From IMG/VR virus record IMGVR_UViG_3300031841_004047: a stretch of 64,000 nt of DNA, one strand, 5' to 3'. The notes under the pieces are model-generated. The model saw only the letters and a program-made list of their open reading frames with translations. It was not told the origin of the DNA and ran no database searches. How positions within the stretch are numbered: the stretch's first letter is position 1; every line of letters begins with the position of its first letter. Source of the DNA: a virus. Positions 1 through 8,684 of the stretch are shown piece after piece. The position numbers were made by a program, and so were the translations under genes.

Positions 1-849
1 AATCGCATACTTGGTACAGATAAAGACTATGTAATAGCGATTGATACCGATTCAGTCTATATCAATATGGGTCCACTCGTAAAGAAACTGAATCCTTCAG
101 ATCCAGTCAAAGCACTTGATAAGATATGTAAAGAACACTTTGAAAAAATTATTGCTGATGCTTACGGTGAGCTATTCAATAAGATGAATGCCTACACGCC
201 AAGAATGGAAATGGGAAGGGAAGTTATAGCTGATCGTGGTATCTGGATGGCTAAGAAAAGATATATTCTTAACGTACATAACAACGAAGGTGTACAATAC
301 GCTGAACCAAAACTTAAGATCATGGGTATCGAAGCAATTAAGTCTTCTACACCTGAAGTTGTTCGAGATAAGTTCAAAGAAATATTTAAAGTTATTATAA
401 CTGGAAATGAATCGGATACAAGAAAATTTATAAACAATTTTAAACAATACTTTAAATCTCTTCCTCCCGAATCAGTTGCTTTTCCTCGAGGAGTTCAAGA
501 AGTAGATAAATGGTCTGATCGTTTAAAAATCTATATTAAAGGTACACCTATTCATGTTAGAGGTGCTTTGCTATATAATCATACTATAAAAGATAAAGCA
601 CTCGAAAAGAAACATACTCTTATTCAATCTGGAGAAAAAATCAAGTTTTCTTACTTAAAAATGCCAAATCCTCTTCGTGAAAACGTGATATCTTTCCCAG
701 ATTATTTACCAAGTGAGTTGAATCTTCATAAATATATAGACTATGACACTCAGTTTGAAAAAACATTTATCGAACCCTTAAATCCAATCCTTGAAGCGGT
801 GGGTTGGTCAGTCAAAGAACAAGCAACACTAGAGGATTTTTTCGGATGA
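1..849 (+). CDS. gp43: Family B DNA polymerase, C-terminal part (5' truncated by window)
   Basis: Frame open from base 1 (NRILGTDKDYVIAIDTDSVY, palm DTDS motif); KKRY and KIMGIEAIKSSTP motifs; ends TLEDFFG, a clamp-binding-like tail. Confidence 0.97.
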   Translation, partial: NRILGTDKDYVIAIDTDSVYINMGPLVKKLNPSDPVKALDKICKEHFEKIIADAYGELFNKMNAYTPRMEMGREVIADRGIWMAKKRYILNVHNNEGVQYAEPKLKIMGIEAIKSSTPEVVRDKFKEIFKVIITGNESDTRKFINNFKQYFKSLPPESVAFPRGVQEVDKWSDRLKIYIKGTPIHVRGALLYNHTIKDKALEKKHTLIQSGEKIKFSYLKMPNPLRENVISFPDYLPSELNLHKYIDYDTQFEKTFIEPLNPILEAVGWSVKEQATLEDFFG

Positions 850-1589
850 ATAACATGAACTACGTATTCGATGTAGACGGAACACTTACACCAAGTAGGA
901 TGAAGATGGATCCTGTTTTCCAAAAGTTTTTTCTCGAGTTTGCGGATAGGAATAAGTGTTACTTAGTTACTGGTTCAGACTATGAAAAAACAGTTCAACA
1001 AGTTGGAAAAGAAATATGTGAAACAGTCATAACCGTATGGAACTGCTGCGGTAACAGCGTTTGGCAGAGAGGAGTTGAAGTTTACAGAGATTCGTGGAGA
1101 CTTCCTGATCATATGCGTAAATGGTTAGAAAAAAAGATAAAGACAAGTAAATTTAGTCTTAGAACCGGTGGCCACATTGAAGACAGACCTGGGCTGGTAA
1201 ACTTTACTGTCCTAGGAAGAAACTGCACACTTGGTGAAAGAATGCTGTATCGTCAATGGGATGAAGAAAATAACGAAAGAAAAACAATTGCAAGAGAATT
1301 TAATATTGCTTTCAACCACGAAGGTGTTGTAGCTCAAGTAGCAGGTGAAACCGGTCTTGATATAATGATGATAGGTTCTGATAAATCACAAGTAGCCATG
1401 AGCTTATTTGGACCTACGATGTTCTTTGGCGATAAGATGGAAGTGGGTGGTAATGATTACCCTTTAGCTCAGGAACTAAAACAGCGTGATGATAATGTCT
1501 GCATTGCAGTCAAAGACTGGAAAGATACACAAAAATATTTATTTGGATTGTCATATGAGGGTTTACAAGAAAGAGTAAATATTGTATAA
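846..1589 (+). CDS. HAD class IIB hydrolase, phosphomannomutase-like
   Basis: FDVDGTLT motif I, LVTGSD motif II, FFGDKMEVGGNDY motif IV as in eukaryote-type PMM; ATG at 846 overlaps gp43 stop. Confidence 0.72.
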   Translation: MNNMNYVFDVDGTLTPSRMKMDPVFQKFFLEFADRNKCYLVTGSDYEKTVQQVGKEICETVITVWNCCGNSVWQRGVEVYRDSWRLPDHMRKWLEKKIKTSKFSLRTGGHIEDRPGLVNFTVLGRNCTLGERMLYRQWDEENNERKTIAREFNIAFNHEGVVAQVAGETGLDIMMIGSDKSQVAMSLFGPTMFFGDKMEVGGNDYPLAQELKQRDDNVCIAVKDWKDTQKYLFGLSYEGLQERVNIV

Positions 1590-1590
1590 T
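1562..1590 (+). promoter_or_regulatory. sigma70-like promoter
   Basis: TTTACA-17 nt-TATAAT. Confidence 0.75.
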
Positions 1591-1609
1591 ATACAAAATG
1601 GAGAAAAAT

Positions 1610-2020
1610 ATGAGTGATTGGGCTTTTGATATCTACCAAATGCATAATAAGTTTGGTGTAAAAGAATGGTTTGAAAATAACAAACATGATAAAGAACTAA
1701 TGAAAACATACCTACGTTTTCGTTTGAATATGTGTAATGAAGAAATGGGTGAATGCTTTGATGCACTCGACAACGAAGATCCTGAAGAAATCGTAGATGG
1801 TCTTATTGATATCTGTGTATTTGCTATCGGTACTCTTGATGTCTTTGGTGTAGATGCCAATGAAGCATGGAATCGTATCTACGAAGCAAACATGGCAAAG
1901 TCACCTGGTGTGAAAGAAGGTAGACCTAATCCATTTGGTTTACCAGATCTAATCAAACCCGACGGATGGGAATCACCTAACCACGAAGGTAATCATGGAA
2001 GTCTCAGCGACCTTTTTTAA
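1610..2020 (+). CDS. All-alpha NTP pyrophosphohydrolase (MazG/PRA-PH-like), candidate dCTPase/dUTPase
   Basis: EEMGE...EIVDGLID acidic helices, ANMAK and DLIKPDGW motifs; GGAG RBS at 1600. Confidence 0.7.
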   Translation: MSDWAFDIYQMHNKFGVKEWFENNKHDKELMKTYLRFRLNMCNEEMGECFDALDNEDPEEIVDGLIDICVFAIGTLDVFGVDANEAWNRIYEANMAKSPGVKEGRPNPFGLPDLIKPDGWESPNHEGNHGSLSDLF

Positions 2021-2930
2021 AAACATATATGATAACAAAACGCACAAGCGCTTTGACTTTGAAGACTTCAGTAAGTTTGAAGAGTTCTTGTACAAGTTAT
2101 CGAGAAGAAGGCTGAAGGGTAAGAAAGACGCCGCGCTTATGTCACCCGCAACTTATGTCGAGGGTACTACACGTGCTAATAAGAACGTAGTCAGTTGGGC
2201 TGGCTGGGCAGCCATTGATGTTGATGATCACGAGTTTAAAGGAGATCTGAAAAATGAATTGGCTTCCACTCATGGTAAATGGCATTATGTTTGCTATTCT
2301 ACTGCTAGCTCTAGAGAAAGTTTACCAAAGTTTAGGCTATGTTTCCCACTTAGAACAAGAGTTGAACCAGACAAGATCAGACATTTCTGGTTCGCCCTTA
2401 ACAAAGAGTTCGGATCGCTCGGCGATGAACAAGCTAAAGATCTATCACGAATGTATTATATCCCTGGCACGTACGATGACGCTTTCAACTTTATTTTTAC
2501 TAATACTGGCGATTTTCTAGATCCTCAGACAATTATGGATAAACACTCGTATGTTGAAAAGAAAACCGGAAGCTTTCTTGACAGATTGCCCACTGAGATA
2601 CAAAAACAAATCGTAGAACATCGCAAGAAAAAAATGGACAATACTAGTATATCTTGGACTAGTTATGAAGACTGTCCTTTTGTAAATAAAAACATGATCC
2701 GTGATTTTAAAAACATCGCTCATGTCGATAATAGTGGTAGATACGCAATGATCTATAAGATTATGGTATCCATCGCAAGTAACGCAGTTGATAGGCGTTA
2801 TCCAATAAGCGTATATGAAATCGTAGAGTTAGTCAGACAGCTAGATGCTGACACGGCTCGTAGATATGAAAACAGACCATTGAATGTAGAAGCAGATAGG
2901 GCTATAGAGTATGCATACCGAAACGTTTGA
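1995..2930 (+). CDS. AEP (archaeo-eukaryotic primase) superfamily primase-like protein
   Basis: AAIDVDD (DxD), YSTASS...KFRLCFPL and KDLSRMYY motifs, helical PriCT-like C-terminus. Confidence 0.62.
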   Translation: MEVSATFFKNIYDNKTHKRFDFEDFSKFEEFLYKLSRRRLKGKKDAALMSPATYVEGTTRANKNVVSWAGWAAIDVDDHEFKGDLKNELASTHGKWHYVCYSTASSRESLPKFRLCFPLRTRVEPDKIRHFWFALNKEFGSLGDEQAKDLSRMYYIPGTYDDAFNFIFTNTGDFLDPQTIMDKHSYVEKKTGSFLDRLPTEIQKQIVEHRKKKMDNTSISWTSYEDCPFVNKNMIRDFKNIAHVDNSGRYAMIYKIMVSIASNAVDRRYPISVYEIVELVRQLDADTARRYENRPLNVEADRAIEYAYRNV

Positions 2931-3360
2931 TTATGATATGAGTTTTAATATTTCTGATATTATTAACGTCGATGAATGGCATGAAAGGGCTATGAATGAA
3001 GCTAAACAGATTCATAGTAAAAAAAGTACAAGAAGAGGTCGTACTCTTAAGGAAATTTATGAAACTTGTAAGTACGGGCATGCCGCTGAGCAGTACCTCA
3101 TAGAAACGGGTTGGACTGACGATGAAAGACCATATAAAGATTTGTTAGACCCATACCTTGATCCGGTTGAGATAAAAGTAACACAAGGAAAATACTATAT
3201 ACCATATGTTCTTGAAAGCTGCAGAAAAGCTAAGCTTGATAAATGGAGAAAATATCCAGACATAGTTTATATTTTTATAAACAATAAGAAAGACGGTGAG
3301 TACATACATGAAGGAGTGTATGTTTGGGATGGAAAAAAATTTGCAAGAAATACATTTTAG
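2911..3360 (+). CDS. Hypothetical protein, possible PD-(D/E)XK nuclease
   Basis: GHAAEQYL...KDLLDP...VEIKVT arrangement resembles the E/D/ExK catalytic triad. Confidence 0.4.
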   Translation: MHTETFDYDMSFNISDIINVDEWHERAMNEAKQIHSKKSTRRGRTLKEIYETCKYGHAAEQYLIETGWTDDERPYKDLLDPYLDPVEIKVTQGKYYIPYVLESCRKAKLDKWRKYPDIVYIFINNKKDGEYIHEGVYVWDGKKFARNTF

Positions 3361-3392
3361 GGGTTTACATTTCATGAAAAATATGTTAGTAT
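3348..3392 (+). promoter_or_regulatory. sigma70-like promoter with conserved upstream element
   Basis: AAATACATTTTAGGGG followed by TTTACA-17-TAGTAT; the 22-mer is identical to 31001-31022. Confidence 0.7.
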
Positions 3393-3425
3393 ATTTTTGC
3401 ATGAAACTTAAAGGACAAAAATAAA

Positions 3426-3995
3426 ATGGCTTACGAGGAAATAAATGGAATACAAATTATAGGCCGTTCCCCTTGGATACCTATTTCAAAAATACCAACA
3501 AAAGATACGGCTGATTTTTTAGATTTAAATGAAAAATATGGTACGTGTGGAATATACCAAGTTGCCGAAACAAAATATATAGAAGAAATAGGTAATGAAG
3601 TAATACACGATAAAATAGGCTATACTGGTAAATCAGGTAGCATTCTTCAAAGAACTTACGATATACGTCAACCAAAAGGTACTCACGGCGCTGGACGTTA
3701 TATCCGTCAAAACGATCTTTGCAAAGAAGCTGAAGTTAAAATACGCTATATTTACACATCTTCGGAAGATTATAAAAGTCTTGAAGACTATATTCATCAT
3801 GAAACAACACGTAATTATGGTTTTCGATTTGCTTGGAAAGACGCGTCACAAGGTAATGTTGGGGTATATTCACAATGGCTTGAATTATCTAAACGATTAA
3901 CAGCTGATGAAATATTATCAGGAATTCCAAATTTAAAAGAATTGGCTATAGAAAAAAACATAGAAGAATTTCAAGAAAGGTTGAATGAAGTATGA
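3426..3995 (+). CDS. GIY-YIG nuclease-like protein
   Basis: GIYQVA...IGYTGKS..ILQR and a downstream conserved Glu (SLEDYIH). Confidence 0.55.
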   Translation: MAYEEINGIQIIGRSPWIPISKIPTKDTADFLDLNEKYGTCGIYQVAETKYIEEIGNEVIHDKIGYTGKSGSILQRTYDIRQPKGTHGAGRYIRQNDLCKEAEVKIRYIYTSSEDYKSLEDYIHHETTRNYGFRFAWKDASQGNVGVYSQWLELSKRLTADEILSGIPNLKELAIEKNIEEFQERLNEV

Positions 3996-4354
3996 AAGAT
4001 AAGTACTCACTAAAGTTTCTTCAGCGTTGTGCTGAGATACAAATTAAAAAGGGTAATGATTACCAAAACCCAAACTCACGTGTAAGACAAGCACACTACT
4101 ATCCACGTGGTTGTGCTACTATTCTTGACACTATGGCAGCAAAAGTCTTACGTATGCAATCAGTTCTTGAAGCTATGGAACTTGATCCAAACTATCAGCC
4201 AAACTTTGAGTCACTTGAAGACTCGTGTGTTGATATTGCAAACTACGCTTCGTTCTTTGCTGCTTATATGAATGGTGCAATTGATGGCCAACATCCTGAC
4301 TATGATTTTCTAAATCGTCCAAAAAATAAAGTAGAACATATTAGTGAAGAATAA
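3992..4354 (+). CDS. Nucleotide modification-associated domain protein (Nmad1/DUF1599-like)
   Basis: KKGNDY...KVLR...EDSCVDIANY pattern. Confidence 0.55.
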   Translation: MKDKYSLKFLQRCAEIQIKKGNDYQNPNSRVRQAHYYPRGCATILDTMAAKVLRMQSVLEAMELDPNYQPNFESLEDSCVDIANYASFFAAYMNGAIDGQHPDYDFLNRPKNKVEHISEE

Positions 4355-4521
4355 TGTGGGTTCTGTTTGTCATAAATCCAGTCTTTGATATTGATACGCC
4401 AGCATTAAGATGGACACAATACTCAGAGTTTGAAACTCATGAAAGCTGTCTTGTAACTAAAGTCTTGATAGAGGAGCAGTTCAATATGAATGAACTGGCT
4501 ATTTGTGTTAAAGATGAATGA
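4354..4521 (+). CDS. Small hypothetical protein (55 aa, MWVLFVINP...)
   Basis: Read manually; fills the gap between neighbours with TAATG coupling to the previous stop. Confidence 0.6.
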   Translation: MWVLFVINPVFDIDTPALRWTQYSEFETHESCLVTKVLIEEQFNMNELAICVKDE

Positions 4522-4750
4522 GTTTAGAATTGGTATATTTAATCTTTTAAGAAAGATTATAGGCGGAAGCAGTGTACTTCTAGCAGTCATATATACACTA
4601 GGTCATATAATCATTGCCATGACTTGTAACTACTTAATAACCGGAGCTAGATTAGATCTTGCTGCGGTTGATGCGCTTATAGAACCTATCATTAATGGTT
4701 TCTGGTTCTATGCTTTACATAAGATTTGGAAAGGGTTTCAGAATGAGTGA
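4514..4750 (+). CDS. DUF2061-like small membrane protein
   Basis: YTLGHIIIA...TGA...AAVDALIEPIINGFWFYAL hydrophobic pattern. Confidence 0.65.
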   Translation: MNEFRIGIFNLLRKIIGGSSVLLAVIYTLGHIIIAMTCNYLITGARLDLAAVDALIEPIINGFWFYALHKIWKGFQNE

Positions 4751-5072
4751 TTATGCAGTATTAACAGCTGTTCTACAGTTTAGAACAAGATATGTCATTC
4801 CTACGAGTGACATCAAAGACTGTGATCCAGAAACTTTTATTAAAGATTCCGTGACTTGCAATGAAGTTGAAGAGTTTAGTCAATTATGTTTAAATGAAAA
4901 CATTGTTGATACACAGTTAATGTCAGAAGAAGAAGTATTAAAACTATTTGACAGAGATAATGATTATCTGGCTGGTTGGTCAAAAGAAAAGAAAATTGAA
5001 TGGATTGGAGATTGGGCAGGCCGTTGGTCAGCAGAAAATTTCAAAGATAAGGACGATGGAAATGTATCATAA
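4743..5072 (+). CDS. Hypothetical protein
   Basis: ORF coupled to both neighbours. Confidence 0.7.
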   Translation: MSDYAVLTAVLQFRTRYVIPTSDIKDCDPETFIKDSVTCNEVEEFSQLCLNENIVDTQLMSEEEVLKLFDRDNDYLAGWSKEKKIEWIGDWAGRWSAENFKDKDDGNVS

Positions 5073-5391
5073 CTGGAATCTACACAATGGGTATCTTGCA
5101 CATACTCTTGAAAACTATCTTATGCATGGATACGAGCCAGGCGGATTTACTACAGCAGTTATTGCTGGTGATTTGTTTGGTGCTGTTGCTAGAGCAGATC
5201 ACTGCAACCGTCCTGCTATTGCAGAGATCGCAGAAGCAGTACTAAACACTTGTCCTGCACATGCAGTTGGCAGTTACGAAGCTGTACGAGCATGGTGTAC
5301 AGATCTAGATGAACGCCGTAGCAAGTATGTGACTTGGAAACTACTTCAAGGACCTGTCAAACAAGAAATCGACGAAGAAGTACCATTTTGA
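5056..5391 (+). CDS. Hypothetical protein
   Basis: ORF; ATG at 5056 preceded by GGA. Confidence 0.7.
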   Translation: MEMYHNWNLHNGYLAHTLENYLMHGYEPGGFTTAVIAGDLFGAVARADHCNRPAIAEIAEAVLNTCPAHAVGSYEAVRAWCTDLDERRSKYVTWKLLQGPVKQEIDEEVPF

Positions 5392-5403
5392 AAGGATTAA
5401 ACA

Positions 5404-5658
5404 ATGCGCTATAAAACTATAACTGTAGATGTAAATGTAGATGCAGATGTTTATATAGGTGATATCATCGACAGTTTGGACGATGAAGATCTGATCGACG
5501 AACTCAACAGACGTGGCTACATTGTAAACAAAGATACACACCCTGGCGGATTTGACCGAGAAGATTTGCAATTTCTACTTGAAATCATAGATCAAATACC
5601 TGAAACAATATATACTCGTAGAGTAAGAGATAAACTAATGAGGGCTCGTTTTGGCTAA
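5404..5658 (+). CDS. Hypothetical protein
   Basis: ORF with AGGA RBS. Confidence 0.7.
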   Translation: MRYKTITVDVNVDADVYIGDIIDSLDDEDLIDELNRRGYIVNKDTHPGGFDREDLQFLLEIIDQIPETIYTRRVRDKLMRARFG

Positions 5659-5839
5659 GGTAACAATGGTAGATCCACCCAGTGGTTGGAAGTATGGCTT
5701 TCCTAAACCGTTGCCTGCAGATTATCCAGAGGGCGAAAGCATCTTTCCGTGGCTATTAAGTGAAGGCTATCCTCAGAAAGAGATAGACAACTGCGGCAAA
5801 CACTTTTATTGTAGGTATTGGGAAGAGGAAACAGAATGA
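5651..5839 (+). CDS. Hypothetical protein
   Basis: TTG start; VDPPSGWKYGFPK segment typical of small phage proteins. Confidence 0.6.
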   Translation: MAKVTMVDPPSGWKYGFPKPLPADYPEGESIFPWLLSEGYPQKEIDNCGKHFYCRYWEEETE

Positions 5840-5863
5840 AAGAACTATGGATGGTGAAAAATA

Positions 5864-6346
5864 ATGAGTAAAGCAGGTAAAGTATGGGGTACAACTGAAT
5901 TAATTGAAGCCAATGGTGCTTTAGAGTTTCATCGTATTCAAATGAATAAAGGGGGCGTTTGTTCTAAACATCTTCATGAGTTCAAATGGAATGGGTTCTA
6001 TGTCGAAAGGGGCGTAATGTTGGTTCGTGTCTGGCAGAAAGATTATAATCTAGTGGATGAGACTATTCTATATGAAGGAGATTATACGAAAGTAAAACCG
6101 GGTCTTTATCATCAGTTTGAATGTCTAGAGTCTGGCGTTGCTTACGAACTCTATTGGGCCGAGTTTGCTCATAAAGATATTGTAAGAGAAACTGTTGGAT
6201 ATAAAGAAGAAGGCATGATCCATGATAGCTCTTATTCTTTAAATATTCCAGATATTACCTTTACAATTGATGGAGAAGATGTTAAAATAAACACAGAAAC
6301 TTACACTCTATATGATAAACTAGACGTAGAAAAAATCGGTTGTTAA
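5864..6346 (+). CDS. Cupin-fold protein (sugar isomerase-like)
   Basis: KVWG N-terminus, SKHLHEFK metal motif 1, PGLYHQF motif 2. Confidence 0.75.
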   Translation: MSKAGKVWGTTELIEANGALEFHRIQMNKGGVCSKHLHEFKWNGFYVERGVMLVRVWQKDYNLVDETILYEGDYTKVKPGLYHQFECLESGVAYELYWAEFAHKDIVRETVGYKEEGMIHDSSYSLNIPDITFTIDGEDVKINTETYTLYDKLDVEKIGC

Positions 6347-6445
6347 TTCAAGACTTAATAACAGTAAGTCCGGTGATTGTAATTATCTCCATAATTATTA
6401 TATGGCCAAGTGCGGTAGAAGAATGGAGAAAGAGAAAGAATAAAA

Positions 6446-7291
6446 ATGAGTAGATCTTTAAAGATTACTATTATAGGTCATGGGTTTGTCGGGAAAGCCA
6501 TTGATTATGCTTTTCAGTATAACGTTCAAAAACAAATCATAGATCCTAAAATAGGAGTAAACTTGAGTGACGTAACATTAAACTCCGATGTTACGTTCGT
6601 ATGCGTGCCGACTCCTATGCACGAAAATGGAAAGTGTGACATATCAATAATAAGTGAAGTCATAAAACAAATAAAGCAAAGAAGATCTGGTTTGATAGTT
6701 ATTAAGTCTACCGTTCCACCTGATCAAATAGAAAATCTTTTTAGAGGTACAGCTATATCAAGAATGGTTTACAACCCAGAGTTTCTTACAGAAAGAAATG
6801 CAAATGAAGATATACTAAATCCTTCGATGCATATTTTCGGAGGAGATAATAATGCTACCGAAAGACTAGAAAAAATATATAATGAGTACAGTATATGTAA
6901 ACCATGTCAAGTATTTCATGTTTCTGCTACTGACGCAAGTTTTATAAAATACGGAATAAATACTTTTCTTGCAACTAAACTAATATGGTTCAATGAACTA
7001 TATGACACAGTAAATAATTTTGGAGGCAACTTTGGAAAAATTGCAAACGCTATTGGGGCCGATCCAAGAATCGGACATTCCCATACTCGTGTTCCTGGGT
7101 TTGACAATCGTCGTGGTTTTGGTGGTGCATGTTTTCCCAAAGATGTAAGCGCTTTTGTCAACTTTACGGATCATATGCCTATCTTAGAATATGTTATGAA
7201 TAAAAACAACAATTATAGATTGTCTTATGAAAAAAATGATAGAGAAGTCGAACAAAACGTGAACTATGAGAATAAGAAAGAGAGTATATAA
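6446..7291 (+). CDS. UDP-glucose/GDP-mannose dehydrogenase family protein lacking the C-terminal domain
   Basis: IIGHGFVG Rossmann motif, CVPTP, KSTVPP, YNPEFL, catalytic Lys (IKYGINTFLATK), GFGGACFPKD catalytic Cys; only 281 aa. Confidence 0.85.
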   Translation: MSRSLKITIIGHGFVGKAIDYAFQYNVQKQIIDPKIGVNLSDVTLNSDVTFVCVPTPMHENGKCDISIISEVIKQIKQRRSGLIVIKSTVPPDQIENLFRGTAISRMVYNPEFLTERNANEDILNPSMHIFGGDNNATERLEKIYNEYSICKPCQVFHVSATDASFIKYGINTFLATKLIWFNELYDTVNNFGGNFGKIANAIGADPRIGHSHTRVPGFDNRRGFGGACFPKDVSAFVNFTDHMPILEYVMNKNNNYRLSYEKNDREVEQNVNYENKKESI

Positions 7292-7980
7292 TGATAATCC
7301 CTAGTGTAAAAGATATTCGTGAGTTCTTTGTCGGTGAACTTAAAGACGAAGCTTATACTATAGATAAGACCGGAGCTAAGACTATAGAAATGATTGGTGC
7401 TTCGTTCATAGCCGATGAGTCTTCTATATTTGGTACACCTAATACCGACTACATATCTCAAGAAATGTTGTGGTATACAAGCATGTCGACAAATATTAAA
7501 GACATATACGGAGAACACAGAGACCCGCCTTCTGCATGGCAGTATGCCGCGAACCAATTTGGTGAGATTAACTCTAACTACGGTTTGTTAATATATTCCG
7601 AAAAGTATTACAGCCAGTTTGAAAGAGTGTGTGACGAGTTGTTTGAAAACCCTGATGGTCGAAGAGCAACTATGATTTATAACAGACCATCGATATGGGT
7701 GGAGTATAATGAAAATGGAAAATCAGATTTTATTTGTACTAACGCTGTCACTTACTATATTCGTGATAATCTACTGCATGCTGTAGTTCAAATGCGTTCC
7801 AATGATGTTGTGTATGGTTATAAGAATGACTGGGCATGGCAAAACCGAGTGATGCACGACATAGTTCATGATCTTAATTTCTCAAATGGAAATGAAGATT
7901 TGGAAGTAGGTAAGATGGTTTGGCAGGTTCAGAACTTGCATGTATATGAACGTCACTTTGATCTAGTAAAAAATATTTAA
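7291..7980 (+). CDS. gp42: dCMP hydroxymethylase-type enzyme (thymidylate synthase fold)
   Basis: Collinear with T4 gp42: DKTGAKTIE, GEINSNYG, DFICTN (Cys149), MRSND, YKND (Asp180, equivalent to the dCMP-specific T4 Asp179), LHVYERHF. Confidence 0.92.
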   Translation: MIIPSVKDIREFFVGELKDEAYTIDKTGAKTIEMIGASFIADESSIFGTPNTDYISQEMLWYTSMSTNIKDIYGEHRDPPSAWQYAANQFGEINSNYGLLIYSEKYYSQFERVCDELFENPDGRRATMIYNRPSIWVEYNENGKSDFICTNAVTYYIRDNLLHAVVQMRSNDVVYGYKNDWAWQNRVMHDIVHDLNFSNGNEDLEVGKMVWQVQNLHVYERHFDLVKNI

Positions 7981-7990
7981 GGATGTTCTT

Positions 7991-8224
7991 ATGAGCAATT
8001 TGATATTGATCACCGATATCCTTGAAACAAAAGTAAGAAAAGAAAAAGAACTACAGTACTATCAGAAAGAATTAGAAAAACTTCAGAAAAAAATGTTCTT
8101 TGTTAAAAAGGATATTGAACTAACAAACCTGATCATTAATATGATTGAGAAAGAAAATATAATAGACTTTAAAGAGCAAGTCTTAATACGACAGGAAAAA
8201 AATGATACCACCTCAGATAATTAA
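7991..8224 (+). CDS. Small coiled-coil hypothetical protein
   Basis: ORF with AGGA RBS, charged heptad pattern. Confidence 0.65.
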   Translation: MSNLILITDILETKVRKEKELQYYQKELEKLQKKMFFVKKDIELTNLIINMIEKENIIDFKEQVLIRQEKNDTTSDN

Positions 8225-8684
8225 GATTTTTGAAAAAGATATGGCTAAAGGTCTTCACTGGACCACTGTGATCACCGAAAGAGCAATGCTAGCAGTAATA
8301 GGTGCTTTAACTGTAATCGCAGCTAGTTTTAATGTGTACTCAATGATAGTATCAATGAAGATAGAATTAGCGGATTTGTTTCTTTTATTCATCTATACAG
8401 AAATAGTCGGCATGGTTGGTGCTTACTACATAAGTAATAGGATACCAGTTACTCTTCCTATCATTATAGCTATGACTGCTTTATGTAGGCTTATTATTCT
8501 TCATTCTAAAGATGCTAACCCATGGGTACTAGTAGCAGAAGCTGGAGCGATCGTCGTTCTAGCCGGAGCCGCGTATCTCATGAGTGCTAAGGAAAAACTA
8601 AGCCTGGAAAAGAAAGAAAAGCGAAAAAAAGAATATGATGCGGGGTTCAAAAAGACAGAAAAAAAAGATTTAGACGATGAATAG
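8202..8684 (+). CDS. psiE: PsiE family membrane protein
   Basis: LADLFLLFIYTEIVGMVGAYY...RIPVTLPIIIAMTALCRLII, four hydrophobic segments. Confidence 0.8.
   Translation: MIPPQIIKIFEKDMAKGLHWTTVITERAMLAVIGALTVIAASFNVYSMIVSMKIELADLFLLFIYTEIVGMVGAYYISNRIPVTLPIIIAMTALCRLIILHSKDANPWVLVAEAGAIVVLAGAAYLMSAKEKLSLEKKEKRKKEYDAGFKKTEKKDLDDE

Noticed and set aside
67-849. Separate short polymerase or split gp43 starting at 67
   Set aside because: The frame is open from base 1 and includes the DTDS motif upstream of 67; it is simply truncated by the window edge
2000-2017. SLSDLF C-terminus of the NTP pyrophosphatase as a fourth clamp-binding motif
   Set aside because: Only a partial match to [ST]LE[DE]F[FL]; too weak to claim
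7291-7980. Ordinary thymidylate synthase (ThyA)
   Set aside because: Has Asp rather than Asn at the specificity position, follows T4 gp42 throughout, and a ThyX is present separately
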